Virus record (IMG/VR): IMGVR_UViG_3300030616_000032
Coordinates: 1 to 51,358 of that record
Direction: 5' to 3' (one strand)
Origin: a virus
Lineage: Duplodnaviria; Caudoviricetes
Length of the DNA stretch: 51,358 bases
A model generated the notes under the pieces. The model ran no database searches. It was not told the origin of the DNA and saw nothing but the letters and a program-made list of their open reading frames with translations. A program made the translations under genes and the position numbers. Below, in pieces: positions 46,429 to 51,358 of this stretch. Position 1 is the first letter of the stretch; every line of letters starts with the position of its first letter.

Positions 46429-46593
46429 TCATGTTATAGCTGGCGGGGCAGGATTACGCGCTTCTCGCGCCGTCAAAACTACCAGCAAAACCGACCTGCC
46501 ACATACGGATGTTGCGATGGAACACCAATCGCGCATAAGGTATATTCCATCGCGCTGGTTTTATGTGTGTCGCGCCACCCGCCAGCATTGTCA
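46429..46593 (-). ncRNA. Inverted-repeat-closed structured element (family member C)
   Basis: GCTGGCGGG/CCCGCCAGC, ACCAGC/GCTGGT and GCGATGGAA/TTCCATCGC nested stems. Confidence 0.5.
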
Positions 46594-46630
46594 CGGCTCT
46601 TTCGTCCATTCCTTCTTCATACTCACCCTT

Positions 46631-47269
46631 TCATGTTATAGCTGGCGGGGCAGGGCCTGCGATCTTGTCTAACTCAACCCATTTGTCGTACAGGCATGGG
46701 TAATGTACTCGCGTCAATTCACGTTTTCGCTTGCCGCCCTTCGGACAGCAAAAACAAGATACGCGACTAAACACATCGTACAAGCCACCCCAATCATATC
46801 CAAGACTCTTGCAGTACGCCAAGCTATCTGCTTCACCCATTCCTGCCTCAATCAATGGAAACCGCACCGGCCATTTGCGGTCCTTCATCCATTTCGTCTG
46901 TGTCCGGTGAGATTCGTCTGCCGAAAACCCAACGTATTCAGTTTTATCACCCTTGATGTAGCGGATATACTTCATGCAGGTTCCGTGCTTACACGCCGTA
47001 CACCAGCCGCCAGAAGATTTTGGCCAACCATAACACGCGAGCTGTTCGTTGAAATGCCGATAATACCGCACCCGTATAATATGTATGCCAGTATTCGCAA
47101 TAACGCGATTGATATGATCCTCCATTTGCGGGTAATCCCATTCACACTCGAAATACACCGCTCGATCAATTGGCATTCTCCGTTCTAACATCAAATGAAT
47201 CGTTGCTGTAGAATCTTTGCCAAACGATGTTGAAACAATATTTTTTGATCCACCCGCCAGCATTGTCAT
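46631..47269 (-). CDS. PAPS-reductase-family (PP-loop) protein
   Basis: STSFGKDSTA, WCTACK, RFPLIE, RVSCFCCP. Confidence 0.88.
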   Translation of the reverse strand: MTMLAGGSKNIVSTSFGKDSTATIHLMLERRMPIDRAVYFECEWDYPQMEDHINRVIANTGIHIIRVRYYRHFNEQLACYGWPKSSGGWCTACKHGTCMKYIRYIKGDKTEYVGFSADESHRTQTKWMKDRKWPVRFPLIEAGMGEADSLAYCKSLGYDWGGLYDVFSRVSCFCCPKGGKRKRELTRVHYPCLYDKWVELDKIAGPAPPAIT

Positions 47270-47274
47270 TTTAT

Positions 47275-47649
47275 CTATTCCTCCCCGTTCTGCTGGAGCT
47301 TGGCCGTGGCCCTGTTTTCTTCGGCCAACTCAATCTCACCAACAGCTCCATCAATCACCAAAAACGCCTCGCAGGTCTTGCTGTTCAATTCGCATACCTG
47401 TTCGTGGTCATAGTTTGACAGATTCAGTTCTGGCGCATCATACAGAATATCCCTTGCGGCCCTCACCGCCTCAACCGCAGGCTCGGTAGGGCGGGCGTTC
47501 CATGTTTTTATAAGGTCTTTTTTGGTTAGCGTGTCAACTAAAGCAATCCCGCATCCATCGCAACAGATAGACGCAGTGCACTTTATAAACTTCGCTTGTC
47601 CGCCACAGAACGGACACGGCTTCAACTCGCCCTTCGCTTTGTCAGTCAT
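47275..47649 (-). CDS. Lar-family restriction alleviation-like protein
   Basis: ELKPCPFCGG...CDGCG...TWNAR. Confidence 0.75.
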   Translation of the reverse strand: MTDKAKGELKPCPFCGGQAKFIKCTASICCDGCGIALVDTLTKKDLIKTWNARPTEPAVEAVRAARDILYDAPELNLSNYDHEQVCELNSKTCEAFLVIDGAVGEIELAEENRATAKLQQNGEE

Positions 47650-48221
47650 TTGATAACCTCCTTTTTTGGCGGCAGCTCTCTCATGCCCTCGCCCAGCCGA
47701 GACACGCCCCTGGATATCGCATCGATCAGGCCGGGCTTTGGCTCTGACTCTAAACGCTCTTGCTGCTCCTTGTACGTGTCGATAAAGGTCTTGCGGCAGA
47801 ACGGGTCAATCAATCCTCGGTCCTCGATTACACGTATGCCGCCCATAGACTCTACAACCTGCCGTGTACGCTCGGGCAGTGAGGCCATGAACTCCCGCTT
47901 GTGATAGCGCGAATACTTTGGCATGACTTTCATCAGGTGCGCCCAGGCTTCGTCTGCGGGCAACCGATTCTCTGGCGGGGCAGCGGCCTGGTTGTATGCC
48001 GCCACGATTTCAGGCGCTGAAGGTGGGTGCTGCGGGTGCTTCTTTGGCAAAACATCTTTGAGTAACATCATCACCGCCTGAAAGTCAAGATCGCGCAGAA
48101 ACACCAGCCATGTTTCCTCCAGCGCAACGTCCTCGTGTTCGTCGCCAGACGGATACTTCAACCGACCCGGGTATGCCTTGCCGATGAACATCAGCACCTC
48201 AGCCAACTCAGAACGCTTCAT
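47646..48221 (-). CDS. Helicase loader/inhibitor (G39P-like)
   Basis: Follows initiator; AYP...W...L.D...PPSAPEI...ADEAW. Confidence 0.7.
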   Translation of the reverse strand: MKRSELAEVLMFIGKAYPGRLKYPSGDEHEDVALEETWLVFLRDLDFQAVMMLLKDVLPKKHPQHPPSAPEIVAAYNQAAAPPENRLPADEAWAHLMKVMPKYSRYHKREFMASLPERTRQVVESMGGIRVIEDRGLIDPFCRKTFIDTYKEQQERLESEPKPGLIDAISRGVSRLGEGMRELPPKKEVIK

Positions 48222-48903
48222 TTTGTTGCTCCTTTTGCCTGTGCATTTTGACGCGATCTATACCGGACTGCCCCCTGTTGCCGCCCTCGCGCTTTTTCCA
48301 TGCCTGGATCGCAAGGTTGTGGTTTTTGTACTTGTAGCCTCTCATCTCGATTCCCTCATCAAGGATCGCTATCATGCGCCTCAACTCTGGCTCTCCCCAA
48401 TCAGCCTCCAGCCGTCCGTACTCACGATCTGTCAGCATCACATGCTTGTACTCGCCGTGCCTATGTCGCACCTCTCTTATCTTACTCTCTTCTCTTCTAT
48501 TCTTATCTATTCTACTCTTATCTGGTAACGTATCGGCGTTACTGTTTGCGTTACGTTCGCGCTCCCTATACTTTGATACACGCAGTGCTGTTTGTGCTCT
48601 TTTCTTGGCGTTTTCGCTCATGTGCCGCTCATAATTAAGGAACGAAACACCATTACTTGTAACGCGCAGCCAAAGAGCTCTTTCCATTGCGCTTGCGAAT
48701 CCAGGGCAATCGACATAAGTGTCTATCCACATAGACGTTACGCCGTGTACCGTCCCGTCGTCGCTGTGAGAATCGGCCCAACTCCACAGCTTGTGAAGGC
48801 GCCCTATCGTCTGAAATTCATCAAGCGAAACACTCTGCATGATCGTTATAACTGCTGGATCTGTCGAGAGTTCTTTGCGCATCTTGATCCAGTCGTCGGC
48901 CAT
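48208..48903 (-). CDS. Phage replication initiator (O-like)
   Basis: DWIKMR..L..DP, IGRLHKLWSWAD, low-complexity linker. Confidence 0.75.
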   Translation of the reverse strand: MADDWIKMRKELSTDPAVITIMQSVSLDEFQTIGRLHKLWSWADSHSDDGTVHGVTSMWIDTYVDCPGFASAMERALWLRVTSNGVSFLNYERHMSENAKKRAQTALRVSKYRERERNANSNADTLPDKSRIDKNRREESKIREVRHRHGEYKHVMLTDREYGRLEADWGEPELRRMIAILDEGIEMRGYKYKNHNLAIQAWKKREGGNRGQSGIDRVKMHRQKEQQNEAF

Positions 48904-48912
48904 TATTGTTGG

Positions 48913-49000
48913 ACCCCAAAAGAAAACCCCCGGTCGCAGAGTGGACACCGGCAAGGGGCCGCTACGCAGCACTCTTTTGGTTTCTCTACGAACCGGGGGA
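48913..49000 (-). promoter_or_regulatory. Structured leader/attenuator upstream of initiator
   Basis: CCCCCGGTTCGTAGAG...CTCTGCGACCGGGGG then TTTTCTTTT. Confidence 0.6.
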
Positions 49001-49037
49001 TTACATTCATGCTCAATCCTTGCCAATGTCCAGTTGC

Positions 49038-49066
49038 ATTATGCCCTACGATCGGTGCAAATGCAA
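49038..49066 (-). promoter_or_regulatory. Sigma70-type promoter
   Basis: TTGCAT-17 nt-CATAAT with AT-rich UP element. Confidence 0.7.
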
Positions 49067-49136
49067 GCAAATTATTCGATTATTTTTTCAAATTCCACTA
49101 CCCACACCCAGGGATTGACGTCCCACGGGGAAATCA

Positions 49137-49631
49137 TCATAGCATAGGCCTTCCCGCACGATACCAAGATGATCGACTCATGCCAAGTCGGGTCCATGGC
49201 TTAATAATCGGAAGTCTTTCGGTTGGTTGAATCGACAATGCTTCGCCGATGCTCCATCCGTAATTATATATACGCCGACAAATGGTCGATGCTTTTATTC
49301 CAGTTCTCTCTGACCATTCGGATATTGTCATCTCTTTGCCAAGATGGGACAGCCTTGTATTCCTGCTTGTGTTTAGGGACTGTTGGCGTCTAGTGGCCCA
49401 CCGACAATTATCTGGCTCATAGTGTCCGTCATTATCAATCCTGTCTATCGAATATCCAGGGCCATTGGGTTCGCCCATGTCTTGATAAAACACATCAAAT
49501 GATTTCCATCTGTCACAAACGCGTATGCCGCGTTTACCATACGTTCCCTGTCTGTCATTCCTGCATCTGTCCCACATGCGCATCCATGTATTGTGGACAA
49601 CAGTACCTGACTTGCCATGTTTATAGTTCAT
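49137..49631 (-). CDS. HNH-type homing endonuclease-like protein
   Basis: YGKRGIRVCDRW, SIDRIDNDGHYEPDNCRWAT. Confidence 0.85.
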   Translation of the reverse strand: MNYKHGKSGTVVHNTWMRMWDRCRNDRQGTYGKRGIRVCDRWKSFDVFYQDMGEPNGPGYSIDRIDNDGHYEPDNCRWATRRQQSLNTSRNTRLSHLGKEMTISEWSERTGIKASTICRRIYNYGWSIGEALSIQPTERLPIIKPWTRLGMSRSSWYRAGRPML

Positions 49632-50251
49632 TATATAATCCTTTGAAATGTGAGACACCAACACCATGGATTGTCTTCCCATGAGCATCCTTGTCTTTTT
49701 CCGTTGATCGAGTCCCATAACGTACCGAAATCATCAATGACAACATCGGAAAGGGTTTCCTCTCCTTCCCCTTCTGTATCATTCGTCCACCTCCACGGGA
49801 TGCCCTCGGCCACGGCATCTTCCTTGCTAATCTCCCGCACCCGCTCCACGCGGATATTCGTGATCCTGCAAAACGTCCGCGCAGCCTCATACGGCATGTA
49901 TCGCTGACTGAGTTTGTTGAACTTCCAGCGCCATTTGACGTGAGTCTTTGTGAAAACGCTAATAACCTCGTCGTGTTCGTGCGCAAGCAGTGTTGCGCTT
50001 GGAGCGGCATAATAGGCCCAGCCGCCAATGTTCGCCAACGTCTCCCGCACCCACAGTTTCGTTCCACCGGTTCCGTAGGGGCATTTTTGTGGCTTGTTAT
50101 CTGTGTCATACCAAATAAACGGATAGCCTGCATCGCATGATAGTCCATCCTCGTCTGGCTGCGGCTTAATAACTCTTCTTGTTTGAGTCTTGCGCCCGTC
50201 CAGTATGGCCTTGACCATATCGCCGCTGAAAATAATCGGTTTCTCATTCAT
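49631..50251 (-). CDS. ASCH/PUA-like phage protein
   Basis: PIIFSGDMVKAILDGRKTQTRR, LWVRET, DAVAEG, W..NPW. Confidence 0.85.
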   Translation of the reverse strand: MNEKPIIFSGDMVKAILDGRKTQTRRVIKPQPDEDGLSCDAGYPFIWYDTDNKPQKCPYGTGGTKLWVRETLANIGGWAYYAAPSATLLAHEHDEVISVFTKTHVKWRWKFNKLSQRYMPYEAARTFCRITNIRVERVREISKEDAVAEGIPWRWTNDTEGEGEETLSDVVIDDFGTLWDSINGKRQGCSWEDNPWCWCLTFQRII

Positions 50252-50397
50252 CGTCACCCCTCTCATTGATCGCGCACAGGCACAGCATCAGTATGGTGCT
50301 GGGCGGGTTTCGCCAAGCTGCGTCCCCCGCCCGCACTACGTCTGCGTGTTCGTGTCCGCAAAGTGTTTGTTGCTCGGAACCGTCTACACGCATTTAT

Positions 50398-51240
50398 TCA
50401 ACCTCTTTTTCGTGTCCATTTCAGTTCGTAATCCTTCACAATTCTCCCCTTCTGCTTGTTCCCGCGCATGTGCGGAGGACACCACATATTGCCAACAAAG
50501 CCGCTTACGTGCGGCATCTCAGGAAGATACCGCATGATATGGCCCCGGCACAGATGAACCCGATTCGTCCATAGATGCTTTGCCTGTTGCTTCCCGTTTC
50601 TGCTCGTTGTTGCATGTTGCTCGATCTCAAGCGTGTAGTATGAGAACAGCGGCATGTGTCCTTTGCGCTGGTGCTTTTTGACCAGCTTCCTGTCTGTTTT
50701 CTTCTCCAAGAATCTGACATTCTTGCATGATAGCATGTCAAGGAACTGTCGGAGCATCCCGAAGATAGAAACGAAATGCGCCGTAGACTTCTTGTCACGG
50801 TTCGTATCGAATCTCTTTGTCCTCGACCAGTACAAACCGCTTGACCAGTATTTCAGTTTTATGGGTTTCGTAGAAGTGGAGAATCCTGACAAGTCTAATG
50901 TGAACTCGCAATGCGACATTGGATTAGAGCCGTCTTTGTATGCTTCAATCAATGTTGGCCAGAACGAGTATTCGTAAATGATAAGTTCTTCCTCGGCCTC
51001 AACCGAAATCAGCCACATCTGCAAGTCGTTGAATGACAGTATCATGTTGTCGAATGGTGGACGTGTCGGCCATTCCATGATGCTTTCGTCTGTATCGCGC
51101 AACTTCGTTGCACCGGCAAGGAAGGCATCCCATACGGTATCTGCATTTTCTGTTATCGACACAACTATCGCGTCATTGAACGTACATTCCTCACATGTCA
51201 TGTTCAGCAATGTCAATTCTGAAAGGAATCTGCGATTCAT
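50398..51240 (-). CDS. Conserved phage hypothetical protein
   Basis: C-terminal RVHLCRGH...W..PHMRG motif; coupled (ATGA) to the 19-708 gene across the junction. Confidence 0.7.
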   Translation of the reverse strand: MNRRFLSELTLLNMTCEECTFNDAIVVSITENADTVWDAFLAGATKLRDTDESIMEWPTRPPFDNMILSFNDLQMWLISVEAEEELIIYEYSFWPTLIEAYKDGSNPMSHCEFTLDLSGFSTSTKPIKLKYWSSGLYWSRTKRFDTNRDKKSTAHFVSIFGMLRQFLDMLSCKNVRFLEKKTDRKLVKKHQRKGHMPLFSYYTLEIEQHATTSRNGKQQAKHLWTNRVHLCRGHIMRYLPEMPHVSGFVGNMWCPPHMRGNKQKGRIVKDYELKWTRKRG

Positions 51241-51358
51241 TGTTTCACCTCTTTTTCAGATCCGTCGTCATACACCGCAACTTTCACGATCTCCCAGAAC
51301 TCTATCGGCCACTGCTTAGTATCCTTCTTCATCCAATACCGCTGTCGCTGCTTGATCG
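51219..51358. repeat. Terminal direct repeat, right copy
   Basis: Matches 1-140. Confidence 0.95.

Noticed and set aside
46012-46654. CRISPR array from the three 24-bp repeats
   Set aside because: Spacing is ~200-400 bp with genes between; no cas genes
46026-46654. Integron attC sites (TATAAC/GTTATA)
   Set aside because: Only one core-like half per unit and no integron integrase
48470-48560. Novel repeat inside the initiator gene
   Set aside because: Low-complexity linker/origin-like tract typical of lambdoid initiator genes

Overview
This window is an apparently complete, circularly assembled genome (~51.2 kb) of a tailed dsDNA phage with podovirus-like organisation; bases 1-140 repeat at 51219-51358 with one mismatch. 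Almost all genes are on the minus strand, except a plus-strand early block at 40.5-43.9 kb. Modules: (i) recombination/regulation (YqaJ-like exonuclease, partner annealing-type protein, DUF736-like protein, macrodomain, HTH); (ii) virion and packaging (terminase, portal, LamG/ConA lectin cluster interrupted by an HNH gene, scaffold, major capsid, adaptor/nozzle, tail proteins, ejection proteins, holin- and spanin-like genes); (iii) a non-coding strand-switch region with repeats and a dif-like site; (iv) small early genes and a serine recombinase; (v) lambdoid-type replication/nin-like genes (initiator, helicase loader, Lar-like, PAPS-reductase-like, RusA, HNH, ASCH-like). Two things stand out. 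First, a 2572-aa probably injected polyvalent protein carries in tandem an ADP-ribosyltransferase-like domain, a GGDEF-like domain, a compact sigma70-like factor and an HExxH metallopeptidase. Second, there is a dispersed family of cassettes closed by one shared inverted repeat (GCTGGCGG...CCTGCCCCGCCAGC) whose cargo is either a folded RNA-like segment or a whole PAPS-reductase-like gene. All calls come from motif recognition by eye; no database searches were run.
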